This document shows, piece by piece, positions 13,291-26,030 of a DNA stretch of 64,000 bases. Origin of the DNA: Marsupella aquatica (Eukaryota; Plantae; Marchantiophyta). Position 1 is the first letter of the stretch. Every line of letters starts with the position of its first letter. Location: NCBI GenBank assembly GCA_973895155.1, contig OZ316894.1, positions 4,736,944 to 4,800,943 of the forward strand. The letters run 5' to 3'. Made by a program: the position numbers and the translations under genes. The notes under the pieces are model-generated. The model saw only the letters and a program-made list of their open reading frames with translations. It made no database searches and was not told where the DNA came from.

Positions 13291-14708
13291 TTTATCTTTC
13301 AAATCTAAAGAGTGTAATATACAATTTCACTCTTGCTTTCTCAGTCTATTTGTGAAATGTCATTTTGGATGGAAGCCTTACCAGCTATTGGATTATGGTA
13401 ACATATTTCCCGCAAGTATCATTTGTGGCCCTTTTACACATCCTCTCCATCACTCTTCCAGAAGCTAATACACCCCTTGAAATCGAGTTGTCATGCAGAC
13501 TTACCAACTCTCCACAGTGTGGAGATTTCATTTAGGCTCGACAACACTTCTGCTCAACATCACCTCCTATCGATATTATGGGCAACAAGCTCCCATTGGG
13601 TTAGTGGGCTGTAATTACTGAAGGCCGTCCTTGTAGCCAGCCAAGCCAAGGCAAGATCCACTCTTCTTTCTTCTGCATTCCTGCTCTCTCAGAAATCTTG
13701 AATGATATCCAAAGAAATCACAAGGAACACTGACACAGTTTATCCAACCACTAGTTTAACCACATTCTATTTTCCTTTTTACTCACTTATCCATAAACTA
13801 TAAGTAATTCCAACATTACCATAACATGTGCAGCGTTGAGCAAATGCTCAAAGGTAGAGGCGAGGATTGCGTGGACAGTATTTCAACTCTTATCAGCGAC
13901 CATAATTTCAGCGTCTCCCGGTGACCAAGGATTTTTCGTGGCCAGATGCCACCAACTCCAGGAGATCTCTTGTATTAACACAGGAAGTGACAGGTCAACA
14001 ACTATAGAAACATGCTCGTGTTTGGGTTCCATAACTCAGCGGCTGGGAAAAGCGTTAACCCAGTAATACAGTGGCGAGTGTAAAGTACGCTGTAAACCAT
14101 GCATGGACTCGGAGCCTGTGATTGGACATGCTTTAAATACCTTTTGAAGTAGGCAAGAGTCAGATGAAAGCAACAAACTGGCAAATCTCAGCAGCAAAAT
14201 GTCACAAGCTGAAGCAAATCAATGGATGTGAGACGGCTTTCTGGTAGACACAAGGTTTCAAGCCATCGTAACCGTGTCTCAGTATGACAGGAGGCTGCCA
14301 AGCTTTTGACAGTTTTTACATATATTCTGGAACGAAGTAACTATAGAAAGTTGGCATGACCATAACTCATGCCAAGTTTCTATATTTGCCTGTATTCAGA
14401 GGATTTTCTGATAAATATCCTACTTGCTACACAAAAATTTACACAGCTTGGCTCTCAAGTCAATGCCGTCCCAATAGCTGCCTCGGACATGATGCCATAT
14501 GCTCACTTAAACCGACAAAAAGAACCCTGGGATAAATATAAGCACGACGAGAAGTCATGTATGCACAACAGAGCTCTTCGGAAATTCACCACGTCATAGG
14601 TGGGGTGGAATGAAAAAAGGCTGTTTCTCTGAAAGAAAAAACTAGAGACCTCACTGCTCACTCGCAGGCAAAAAAATCATAATGTACACTGGGAATGTTT
14701 TCACTTAG

Positions 14709-17700
14709 CTAGCCAGCATAGCGCTCCGGATTGTTGAGGTTTGGTCTTGGTCGATAGTTCTCCATGGTTTGCTGGGATGGTATCCTCATTTTGTAAAGTT
14801 TCAAGCCTGTATCAACAGATCCAAGGGATCAGCCTTTGACATCAAAGGCAGCTTTGAATCCAGGTACCAACTTAGGTTGTGACTGCTGTTATCACCTCCA
14901 AGCCATTTTGAGTCAGCAGTCCGCACCGAATAGTAAAGACCAGACACCATTTCCTGGTCACGCCTAAGTTACGGTTGAAGAGACATGAACACAGAAGCGA
15001 AAGGAGAAACGCATCACAATGGCAAGTAACCGACAAACTCTCTAGAGTGGTCAGACTTCTTTCTTGTTGTTCTAGTCTTCTGTAGCATTAATTGCAGTAA
15101 GATAGATCTCAAGGATATCAGTTCCTCAACACAAATTCCGAGCAAGGTTCTCTCCATTAATAAGGCAGTGGTACACTCGTGGTAAATTCTCTACTGGAAG
15201 CAACAAGTGACACTCTTAACAAGTATCAAATGAAACTCAAAACCATCTGCAAGGTTTTGGACCCAGCTCCTGCACACCGAGCTCCCCAACCAGCGAAGGT
15301 GACTGTCTCTACGAGACATTTCTTTAGAAAGAGCTCGGGTCTAAAAGCACGCCCCCAACTCCCCGGGATGCAAAACCCAACTTTTTCCTCATCGTAACTA
15401 CCCGTTGTGTTCGATTCCGTTCCATACAATTCTCTGGGGTGTGCATTTTTGTTGCTAGTCCCCATCCTATGGATACAGGTCTAAACTACTACTGCACGTC
15501 ACCGACTAATTTCATATGACCCTAGTAGAAAGCAACCTAGAAAGCTATCTGAAAACAAAAGTTTTTTGTACATCCGCAGGACTTCTTGAACTCGATTACC
15601 AGAATATGAAACACTCACCCTCTTCTTCACATGCTTGAATCTCCCGCCACTCTTGTACAAGGGCACAACAGCAGCAACAAATATGTGCCCAACAGTCATC
15701 ACAAGTTCCACCCTGCAAGCATCACCAAGATAATGATTACAAACTAAGGCTCTCAAAATGAAAGACTGAAGTAGCTTAAAACCACGAATCACGGTTTGCT
15801 TGAGCTAAGAGGGAGATTAATACAGGTATGTTGAATCGCTTGCGCAACTTGCGCCTATAGCAGCATGTATGGGTGCAGCACCCTAGGTAGAGTGCATGAA
15901 AAGCCAAATCATGGCAGGCCATCTCTTGCGCTGGAAAAACCCAAATGCAAAGTCGATCAATAGACAATTGATATAAGCTTCGACCAAAGCATTTGAAACC
16001 TTACCCCTTAAACAAATGGAACCTCCTGTTTCTACAAAAATGAGTCTAGATGATGTGCATCCGAGCAATGATATAACCAATGTGATTCAGGAGCAATATT
16101 AAATAAACATTCCCAAACAAGAGAAGACTGCTAGTCTAATAAATCTGAGCCTGTGTATCCATGCAAGGGAAGTCACCAAGAACCACCTTTAATGCTAAGT
16201 ACATATGAATGACGGTCTGAGACTTACATACTTCGCCATCAGTAACAACAGCAGCTATATTTGTAAAAGTGCCACATGGGTAAAGGAAGGTGGATATGCC
16301 TGTACAGTAGTCAATAGAGGAGTATCAGCGATGAGTGGAACCAGACCCGTGGTTGAAAGTGAGTGGTTGAGACTGGACTTCACAGACAGAGATCTGATCC
16401 AAAAGGCGAAAGCTCTTTTTCCTTACATATTAAAGTGGATTGCGATTCCAGGTATCGTTTATCATGTGAATTGGCGGTAAAGAGCAGCGAGTCCATGGAC
16501 ATGTTTACGTGCAATCAAATCTATTACGATAACTTGAACATAAGCATTCAGCTGCTACTAAAATTCATCGAATAAAAACAAACCTCAAGTAGGCGTGTAA
16601 AGCTATGCACTAGTTTTTCTTGCAAAAAGTGATGCAGTCAAGAGCAGGGCCTGTGATACCAAGCGGCACTGTATTTTGCAAAGACATAATTATACACCCA
16701 AGATAAAATATTGAGGGAAGATCAGGCCTAAGGAACACTTTCTAAAATAAATCTTGATGAAGGGAGTAACAATTCTGCAGGGTATTACATAGGAAGGGGT
16801 CGATGCAGCAATCATAGAGGCCATTGTGCCACTTTCGCAACTGTACAAGCGCAGTTCCATTCCCACGGTTATATCCATCATTGCCTATGGGCACTTGTGG
16901 TGGAGGTGGATTGTGAACCACCTTTGGCGGAACCTTTGGAGGCTCCTTTGTAGGTGCTGGTGTATTTGAAGCCAGTCTAAAACTTTCATTTGCTGCAGTT
17001 ATCGCCGCATTCAGTCTGCATCAAAGAAGGTCATAGATTACGAGTTTAGGTTCTAGAGCAGAAAAAAAAAATCCACCCAATTTCTCATCCTTTTATCACT
17101 ACTTGACAAAATTCTGAAACAATTGACAAAGAGATAGTTGAGCAAAGGTTACCCTGGTAAGTCTATCGAATCCAGGGTAGAGGCCCTTGAGTGAATAGGC
17201 AAAGGATGTTTCTCCTGTTCTTCGGGCGGGACATTCACAGTCTTGGTGACTTCGAGAAGATGTTCGATCACATCACACTGGTCTAAGTCCATCAGCTGTT
17301 GCTTTCGTTGAAGCTCAAGTCGCAATTTGTGATTCTCTTCTTGCAGAGCTTTCTCCAAGCAACATCCGGGGTAGTTCCGGGACAGAGATTTTTGCAAGAT
17401 CACAGAATCATCTCGAGTCCTGCAATCTTTCAAAAGAGTCGAGTAGATTCTCTTCTCCTCTTCATCTAAGGTATACTCCCGTCGATCCCTCTCTATAGCT
17501 CGCAGTTTTTCCTGGGAAATTCAACTCAAGTTTTCAGGCCAAGCTGTGCGCAATAGAATTACCAGAGCTAAACATTAATCATGTGTAGTACTTAGAGAAA
17601 GACATACAGCCCGCGTTCGTTGTTCAGTGTAAATTTTCTGAGATTTAATCAAAACTGTCGTTCAGTCTAAGACGTTTTCGCTACGAGACATCCTCGATGT

Positions 17701-18867
17701 CAGGTAGTTCCAGATTAACCTCGATGTCAGGTAGTTCCAGATTGAACGACAATCTATATGGTCCAATAGGTATGGAGATTCCTTTTACTCGCAGTGACTT
17801 CACAGATCTTCAGCACTCATTTGAACAACATTGTCTTTTTCACGCTAAGCGGCCAAAGGTAACGTATGAATTGGGTGCGTTCTTCGGCTTTAGTGGAACA
17901 CAGGACACAACATCTAGAGCCAGACGATTTGAAAAAGGAAGTAGTAGATTTTCTCCAGAAGGAAAGGAATTCCACACCTATCCTGACCTTATATCCTTTT
18001 CACCCACTTAGCAGACAAAAACTTACAACCGACGTGCCCTGTCTCACAACTACCATGCCTAGTACTCCGACATAAATACTGCGAGGAAGCCAATAGATCA
18101 ATATTGGCTATCTGGACGAAAGGGTTCAAGAATTGCTGCTCGCTGAAGGTCCTTGTCTTTGGAAGGGAATTAGATATCGTGGCATCTAAAAGAAATATCA
18201 CGACTGCTGCTCCACTGTAAACCGGGAAGAGAATCTGATGCTTAATTGAGTCCTTATCTTCTTTAGGCAGTGGGGTGAGGTTGTTGGAGAGTAATAGCTT
18301 TACCATAAACTAAGTACCGGTGAATATTGAATCAATCAATCGAGGACCAAAGTAGTCCGCGTTGGTAAAAAACCTGCAGATCGTGCTGTATGAGGCCTAT
18401 GTTGGAGCAACGTCTAGTCCGAGGAGCGATGACAAAAGTTCACACGTCGATCAAGACTCACTTACCCGGTGATTTTCTACGAGGCTGATGAGAGGAATGA
18501 GGCGCAAGTATCTGTCTATCTCCGCTTGGTACTCCTTGAACTGATTCACGATGCTCCAGCCCATGGCAATCAAGTAAAGGTAGCTTTTATCCCTGCAATT
18601 CTCCACCAAAGCGAGCGCTTTCTTGAGGCATTGCTCAAGATGATCTAACGGCTCCCGGGTGTCTCGATACTCAGGATACTCTTCCACGTCTTGGGGCTTC
18701 AGCTGCTCCAAGAGTTTCGCAATCATCTTCAAATGCTGGGCGAATTGGCGGCAGTTCCGCTTGTGCATCCGGACCCTCTTGGCAGCGCTCACAATGGCTT
18801 GGATCAGCTTCAGTGTCAACGACAACTGCACTATGTTTGCGGCATCCCCGATAACAATCCATTCCAT
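14709..18867 (-). CDS. MCA1: MID1-COMPLEMENTING ACTIVITY (MCA)/CNR13-like mechanosensitive Ca2+ channel, PLAC8 family
   Basis: Seven exons: 18867-18466 (AAKRVRMHKRNCRQFAQHLKMI...YLYLIAMGWSIVNQF...IDRYLRLIPLISLVEN), 17511-17153 (REYTLDEEE...KSLSRNYP...ALQEENHKLRLELQ), 17015-16789 (KWHNGLYDCCIDPFL), 16299-16228 (CISTFLYPCGTF), 15930-15824 (GCCTHTCCYRRKLRKRFNIP), 15712-15619 (GGTCDDCWAHICCCCCALVQEWRE) and 14806-14709 (RIPSQQTMEN...stop). GT-AG introns with consistent phases. Confidence 0.92.
17692..17745. repeat. 27-bp tandem duplication in MCA intron
   Basis: CCTCGATGTCAGGTAGTTCCAGATT occurs twice head-to-tail. Confidence 0.9.
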
Positions 18868-19984
18868 CGCTCCAACGTTAGATACTGAATTGTTAGCTCA
18901 AGATTGGGAAGTTTCGGTGGTCACCCGAATCCCGGACCCACGAGAATTCATGAAATAGTTGCGATAAATAATCATATAAGCTAGGCAATAAGGAAAACCA
19001 GAATTTCGTTTATAGCCGGCCCTAAGCATGTCAACCCCCTTCAACAAGTGGACTGCCGATATCCTGAGCCCTGACTTAGTTTCCAAATCCACGCTGGGTC
19101 ACGACATTCGCTTCACCGGATTAAATTTTAACGCCTTGCAACAACCCCAAGACGATGTTCAGCTATGGGCTTCTCCCAAGAGTATCCAATCTTCTGGGCC
19201 GGTTCCTTCAGGCTTCTTGGAGAGTTTTGAACTCCATGCATTCCAAAAACTTCCCATTATTCATCCTTTGTCAGCACAGGCTCCCTAGGGCCATTCCACT
19301 TTGAGAGCACTTCTCAAACAGGAACAACGTTTCCGGAGCAGACCCCCAAGCCTCGACTATCATACTCCGTAATGCTGTTCTACAAAATCTCTTCCGGGCT
19401 CCGAAACTCAGAAGACCGCCTCCCCTCCAGACCTTGAGCAATGAACGCTCGAGTCTTTCTCTTTCTCGGGTTTGGAGGCGCGCCAGGGTAATGCTGCTGT
19501 AGAGCAGTCGCACTGGCCAAGCGATGAGTGGAGTACTTGTCAGAAACACCCATCTGTGAGTTCTAAATGCTCTCCTTCAAGTCTACGGACCGGCATTGGA
19601 CATGTTTTCCCGACTTCCGGACCGTTTCCTCTGTACGTGTAGCACACCAGGGGGGCCGATTCCAGGCTGCATTGACCTCCTCTGCGATATCCATTGAATG
19701 GCTACTATACCTCATCCCGCTCCTACCTCGTCCATCCTCACGGAATGACGGAACTCTATTCCGCCCACCCTTGGCCCGCCAGAGCTATGAAGCACGACTT
19801 CCAATTGGCATCACCGGCACCCGGCTTTCAATGCACTTGATTGCTTCCCCTCCATTCCTCTCTTGCATCGATCTCGTTCCTGCGAGCCTGTCAAGCACGG
19901 TCCTGACCGTCCCCTCCCTCCCAGTTCACACCAGCTCTATCTCCAAGCGTTATGTCCCAGCTGTAAACAATTACGAGACCAAAA

Positions 19985-20237
19985 GCTGATCATTCTACAA
20001 CAATGCTCGACTTTCTTCGAAGACAGCAACCACATACGGACACCACCTGGATTCATAGGGGCGTCCACCAGAAGAATCAATTGCGGTACTGACAGCGAAC
20101 GCCCAGGCCACGCTGATCATTCTACAACAATGCTCGACTTTCTTCGAAGACAGCAACCACATACGGACACCACCTGGATTCATAGGGGCGTCCACCAGAA
20201 GAATCAATTGCGGTACTGACAGCGAACGCCCAGGCCA
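19985..20237. repeat. Perfect 127-bp tandem duplication upstream of the MCA start codon
   Basis: GCTGATCATTCTACAACAATGC...GAACGCCCAGGCCA at 19985-20110 and 20112-20237, identical on reading. Confidence 0.93.
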
Positions 20238-21959
20238 TTCCACATGCATGATTCTGTCAGCCGCAATTGCGTACGGATCCGTCACACGTGAGCTCAACAG
20301 AATGACCCAATCGGAGAGACCGGCAACTATTCCTTCGTGAATTCAAATGATAATCTACATTGCAGTCTAGAAAAGAGGAAAAAATCCACCTGACACGACA
20401 GTACTGCTAAAGCACGAACTTCAGTATCGATGGGGAAGAAAATCGAAGACCTCCAACAACAATACAGCTCCGTGGCTACTACTCAATTTTGCTCATTAAC
20501 ACAATTTGCTCATAAACACAGCCCAGGCCGCCATCGGTCCGCCCATTGTCCCAAGGCAAGGCAAGCTACATGTAGCCATCTAACTAACAAAACTCGAGAA
20601 ATGCAAGCGGGAAATTGTTCCAATCTCTCAACTGCCCACCACCCAACAACAACCAACCAACTCTCCAACCCAAGGCAGCAAAAATCCCAGAGCTGCAAGC
20701 AGCGGGAAATCGTTCCAATCCTTCACAAGATTCACACCCACCCACCAAACCACCCACCCACGCCCCCAACCAGCGAACCAAACAACCACCAACGGAGGAG
20801 GCAATTCGCCTCTCCCTTCCCTCTCAATCCCACCTTCAGAAGCTGCACTTGCGGTCCATCACTCACCACCATCGACTGCAGTTCCTCGGCTGCTGCGGCA
20901 CTCCAACTCCACACTCCAATTGCATTGCTCACGTCACCCCAAACATCCAACGGAGGCAACTCTCCTCTCCTCTCCTCTCCTTTCCTCCATCAAGCTTTCA
21001 GAAACACCTCGAGCATCTCAGCACCATTGACTGCAGGCAGTTCACCAGTCCAATTGCATTGTTCACCTCCGGATGAGGGCCACGGTGCCCCCCGAGCATG
21101 TCGTACCGTAGTACTCCTCTATAATTAATCCGTCACAAATCCCCAGTTCTCGTGAAGTGCTGCTTTGCACAGCAGCTCCGCATTGCATTTATCTCATGAT
21201 CAGTCTGCTCGTGTCTCTCTCGTCCTCTGCTTTCCATGACACCACAGTCACCCCTCGTCGTCGCTTTGACGCTTTCGTCTGTCAGTTCACTCTGTTAGTT
21301 GACCGGGACAGCATTCAGTCGACCGCTCTCGTCGTAAAGGTACCGTACGCGCCGCGGTAAAAGTGAAGATGGCATCGAGCGTTGCAATCGCGCCATCGCG
21401 GTTACTGTTAGTACTTAGTACAAAACAACATTAGTGTTAGTAACACTGATTTTAAAATAAATATTATAATAGTATGTATTTATGTACTCTCATTAGGGGT
21501 CTTTTTCAAATTTCCTAACACAAACATACATCATTTGGAGAATGGTGACACACATGACAAGAGTACTTGTTATATTTGTGTTATGGGATACTATGTCATA
21601 AATAGTAAGTGTAAAAAAATTAAAATATAGAAACAAAATGTTATATATTTTTCATTGTAACCATATTAATTATTTTTTGAATTTTTAAATTATTTATCAT
21701 GTACTTAGTTAGATAATTAACTCTAAAATATCTTAAATATAGATTTCACTTCATCACATATACATTATTTGGATGAACATGGGGTTCAGAGATTAATTTC
21801 AAAAAAAGTCCACCAAAGGAGGTTAAAAGGAAATGAATATGATCTCAAAAGAAGTGAACAAAGGAAACCCCCAAAACAGAAAGGACAACAAAATTAAAGG
21901 CAAAAGAGCTACTACAGTAGTGTCATAGTGTGAGTAGCTAACGCGCTACATGTGGGCAA

Positions 21960-22390
21960 GCTAAAATTTTGGTGAATTTGATTTTAATTAGAAGAACTTG
22001 GTATTCATAAATTCAAATATATATTTTTAGTTTTGGGTAAATGCTAGCGGAGTATATGAGCTATACTTCCAAAGTGACAGTGAATTTTTGGTCATGTCTG
22101 TTCAGTTTTTCATCATATACTGTGGAGAGGTGAATTGCACTAGTTTAATTTTGATTGTGTTAACATGAAATATTTGGGCTTGTGTTTTTCATGTCTCCTC
22201 CTTCTCTAATTCCTTGTAGATGCAAATCTAAAAATATTTCTATAACTCATAATCATCAAGGTATTCCCAAACTCATGGACCACCAAATTGTGGTCCACTG
22301 GAGCAATGTGTCCAACATGGTGGTCCATCCTGGCTTCAGGTTCCATGAATGTTACTCATTTTTGTCTATGTTTCAAAATAATTTGTGAAT
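21960..22390 (+). repeat. AT-rich interspersed repeat family, copy 1
   Basis: Aligns by eye with 25650-26030 and with 47580-47737 + 49432-49560 (e.g. AAGTGACAG.GAA.TTTTGG, ATTGTGTTAA, GTCTCCTCCTTCT, ACTCATAAT). Confidence 0.65.
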
Positions 22391-22619
22391 CTACTTTTGT
22401 TTAAAGTGCTACAGGTGTCAAAAAAGGGTGATCTTTGAACCCAAAGTAACACTAATGTTTGTTGATTTTCAAAATATTTTTCCAACTATTTTTCCCATTC
22501 TCGAGTCCAATGTAAGCAGACCTAGTGTTAGACCAGAACTAGCGCCACTAACACTACTTCATGAGTGGAGCCCGGAAATTCTTTCACCAGAATTAGTGGA
22601 CTAACATGGATCAGGGTGA

Positions 22620-23240
22620 ACAGTGTAACAATAATTTTACTAAGTTACCTCCAAAGTTGCAAAACCTTCTTAACTTTCCCCAGAAACTAACTTGACTAGG
22701 AAAGCTGCCCCTTGGATTAATCTTAGCTGTACACTCCAGCTATTTGAGTTAGTTATGGCCGTCAGATCACTTACAAGGAGGAAGTCTAGGAATTAATTTT
22801 GTACACTGAAATTAAATTTGGGGTGACACAGTAAAAACTTCCCTGTTTCTTACTAAGTTACCACAAAATTGCACAACCTCAAGTTGCCCATAAAATGAAT
22901 TCAATTAGTAAGCTGTGCTAGGATTAGGCATACATTCCAACTATCTGAGTTATTTATGGCACTCTGATTCCTTACAAGGGGCAATGTCGTAGTTAAAACT
23001 ACTTTAAGCCGTGCAACTTAGTAAATTTGTTCAATTTTGGGGGTGATGTAGTGGAAAATTAAGGATGCTTCTAAAACTAATTTAATTGGAAAGCTGCCCC
23101 ATGGATTAAACTTAGTTGTACATTGAACCTATTTGAGTATTTGTGGTAGTCCTATTCCTTACAAGGGGGGAATATAGTAATTACATTAATTTAGTCGGAA
23201 AGTTACTAATTCTATTCCATTTTGGGGGTGACATAGTAAA
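22620..23240. repeat. Three degenerate ~200-bp tandem units
   Basis: Recurring TACTAAGTTACC, GAAAGCTGCCCC.TGGATTAA, CTATTTGAGT, CTTACAAGG and TTTGGGG(G)TGA motifs. Confidence 0.7.
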
Positions 23241-24169
23241 ACATGGTAAAATCTATAAATGGAAGTTTCAGCCATCATCCAGGCATCATGCATGAACATG
23301 CCAGCTTTTAAGGTTTTTTTTCCTTTTTGCCAGGGTGGCTAATGTCACCTTCTGTGAAAGCAAAGATGGTAGAAATATTTCTTATCTTGTTTCCCAACTG
23401 CTATTTCTGACTGTCAGATCTCCGTAGTTGCAAGGATGATTGTTAGATTCTGGCTAGTAGGGTCTGTGGCTAGGTGGGAAATGGGCTATTTTATGCAACC
23501 AACAAAACCTACCCCAATTTTTACCAAAGGGCTTTTAGAGGTGGAATCTAGCGAACATGACTCATCATCATGCAGGAATATGAAAGTATGTATATCTCAA
23601 TGCAGAAGAAGAGAAAGGGTCAATTGGGAGACATGGACCCATCACACAATAAAGGGGGACACAAGGGAAAAAACCCATGAAGATCCACTCCCCTACAATA
23701 GCAAAGGAACTAAAGCTTTACTAAGCAGCAAACTCAAAAGCCTGGTAAAGTTTCATAAGATGGTCACCACGAGGAATTGCGTAGAGTCCCTGAAACCGAG
23801 AGCCTTTCATTGACTATTTCAAGAATAGTGAATGGAAACTCTCTGTAGTGCAACACAGATGCCCTTGTCTTAAAAGCCAGTGAGAACGGGAGTTGGGGGA
23901 TAAGGCCGTTGCTCTACACTAAAGACCACACATCATTGTATGAAATGGTCAGAGATAGGGTGTTGAGCCCCAAAGACCTCTAAAGCAAGTTAGCAAATAA
24001 AAGAATCCTCCAGACTGCAATAAACAAATGCCTCCTCCTTGAGCCAGGGCTTTTTGGCTGCAGCATGACCCGGTGAATTGACACCAACCGCAGCATTGTT
24101 CCCACCAGACTAATATGAAAAGGTTTGCAACTTTCCGTCTTAAGAAATGGTTTCCTGGTGGTTTTTAGT

Positions 24170-24370
24170 TGGCAAGTATTTGTGGAGAGAAACTAGTGAA
24201 CACATTCAACAAGCAATTGATGGACATTCAAAGTGTAGCTAATGGAGCCTTCTCTGGTTTGAAAGGATGTTGGAGGTTCTTGCCGCTGAGGACTAACTTG
24301 AAACTTGAGGACCTTCCTGCTGTGCTGGGTCCTTGTTGTGCTCCAGCCCTGATATATGAGGTGGTGGATG
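24170..24370 (+). pseudogene. Fragment of a PIF/Harbinger-type DDE nuclease (HARBI1/ALP1-like) C-terminus
   Basis: NTFNKQLMDIQSVANGAFSGLKGCWRFLPLRTNLKLEDLPAVLGPCC resembles the FN..AF.RLKGRW..L..RTE.KLQDLP.VLGACC.LHN motif of plant ALP1-like/Harbinger nucleases. The N-terminal part and the LHN motif are lost. Confidence 0.7.
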
Positions 24371-25649
24371 ATTACATGTACCCTGATGCCCCTCAATGTC
24401 ACTCACAGCTATTTGAGGGAAGGGTTGACATTTCAAAACATCTACTCCCCAACCTTGCAGGGTTTTACAAAGGTCATTTCCACTGGAAATCTGGTGATTA
24501 TGGTCTGGCGAGCATTACTTTTACAGGAGCTTCTAACACACCAGAAACAGAACACTACTCCGCATTATGAAATAAAAAAAGCATTTTATCTGACATTATT
24601 GGAGTAATTCTAGACCAAAATCTGTTATTGTTGTGTAGAAAATTTTATGTTTTCAAGGATTTTGTAACACACCATAGCAAGATAGAAACAAGAAGGATTT
24701 GAAAGCACAAAATCTGCTGTCATACTAGTTTAAGTGAAAGACTAAAAACTTCAATGTAACATTACTAAAGTATAATTGATTTAAACTTGCAATTTGTGTG
24801 CCAACATATGCATGTTTCCAAGGACTTTGCAACACCCCATAGCATGGTAGATTTCATGATGATTTCAGTGTGCTACATTTTGATGTAGTCTCTTCCTTAC
24901 CTTTGTTTTTAGCTTGCCAAATCAGTCTCACCATCCAAAAGCCCAGAAGAGAGTTCATCTGTAATTCAAACCAGCAAAGATTCTATCCCTTATTTGCTTC
25001 TTAGCCCCAGAGTTTCATTGAATAATTCATGCATTCTTTGACTTGGATGTTGCTGGTTGCTTTGAGGCCCTGGCTGATTGCGTTTCCATCTCAAGCTACT
25101 GGTATAAAGTTCCATCGAACACTTAGCATGAGCCATCAAGTGTAACCCATGCAAGTAACTGTCACAGTCCATGGGAGTTGTTATCAGGGACAAGTTGGTG
25201 GTCCATCCTAGCTTAGACTTCCAAATTAATACGATAGTACCAGATAGAATTTTCTTTATAGAAAATTAACGTAACAAAATCCGTAGAGGACCAGTTAGAG
25301 ATTCTTTGCAAATGAAGAAATTACCAGAAATAACCATCTCTCACCCTTCTTTTTATGTCATGGACGCATGCATGGTGATTTCTCATGAATCCTAGATGTC
25401 AATTGATACTTGCATGGAATATTTTTTTCCATGCACTGGATCTCTTTTTGGATCTGAAAGGTAGTGAAAAGATGCCATGTTGTGGATGTAGGCATACATA
25501 GGATAATAGCATCATACGAAAGCCATAGATTGACTTGAATCGAACCGTTCTGAAGGCAGACCTGTAAGTTTTTGGTCAATTTCAGGAGTGTCTAGCGAAA
25601 ATGATGGTCCCATGGACCACAATGTTGGTCTTTGAAAATCCCAATGTAT

Positions 25650-26030
25650 CACATTTCCCAAAATTTGAGTTTAACTATAATAACTTGATGTTAGTAATCT
25701 GAAATATTTTTTAGTTCTGAGGATGTGCTAGAAGAGTAGGTAAGTTACATTATTTTACATGAAGACATGAAAGTGACAGCGAAGTTTTGGTTAAATTATT
25801 CATCATAAAATGCATAGGAGTAAATTCTATTAGATTATTTTTCATTGTGTTAATATAAAGTTTGCGCTTGTTTTTTTTTTAAGTCTCCTCCTTCTATAGT
25901 TTTCTTGCAAGTGCAAAACTGAAAATATTGTAAGGACTCATAATTCTCAAGTATAAGCCCAAAACTCCCGTGTACCATCAAAATATGTTGCACAGGAACA
26001 GTTTCTCCAACATGGTGGTAGATCAGGGCT
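25650..26030 (+). repeat. AT-rich interspersed repeat family, copy 2
   Basis: Direct-orientation similarity to 21960-22390. Confidence 0.65.

Noticed and set aside
15226-15465. 79-aa ORF within the last MCA intron as a possible alternative exon
   Set aside because: The nearest acceptor gives an almost immediate stop in the MCA frame, and exon 14806-14709 supplies a family-like C-terminus.
17533-17554. Partial resemblance to recalled miR536 sequence (GCCAAGCTGTGCGCAA)
   Set aside because: It lies in an intron, has no surrounding hairpin and has several mismatches; probably chance.
20430-21128. 232-aa and 153-aa ORFs on the plus strand
   Set aside because: Low-complexity Pro/Thr/Ser/Gln sequence antisense to the probable MCA leader, with no recognisable domain.
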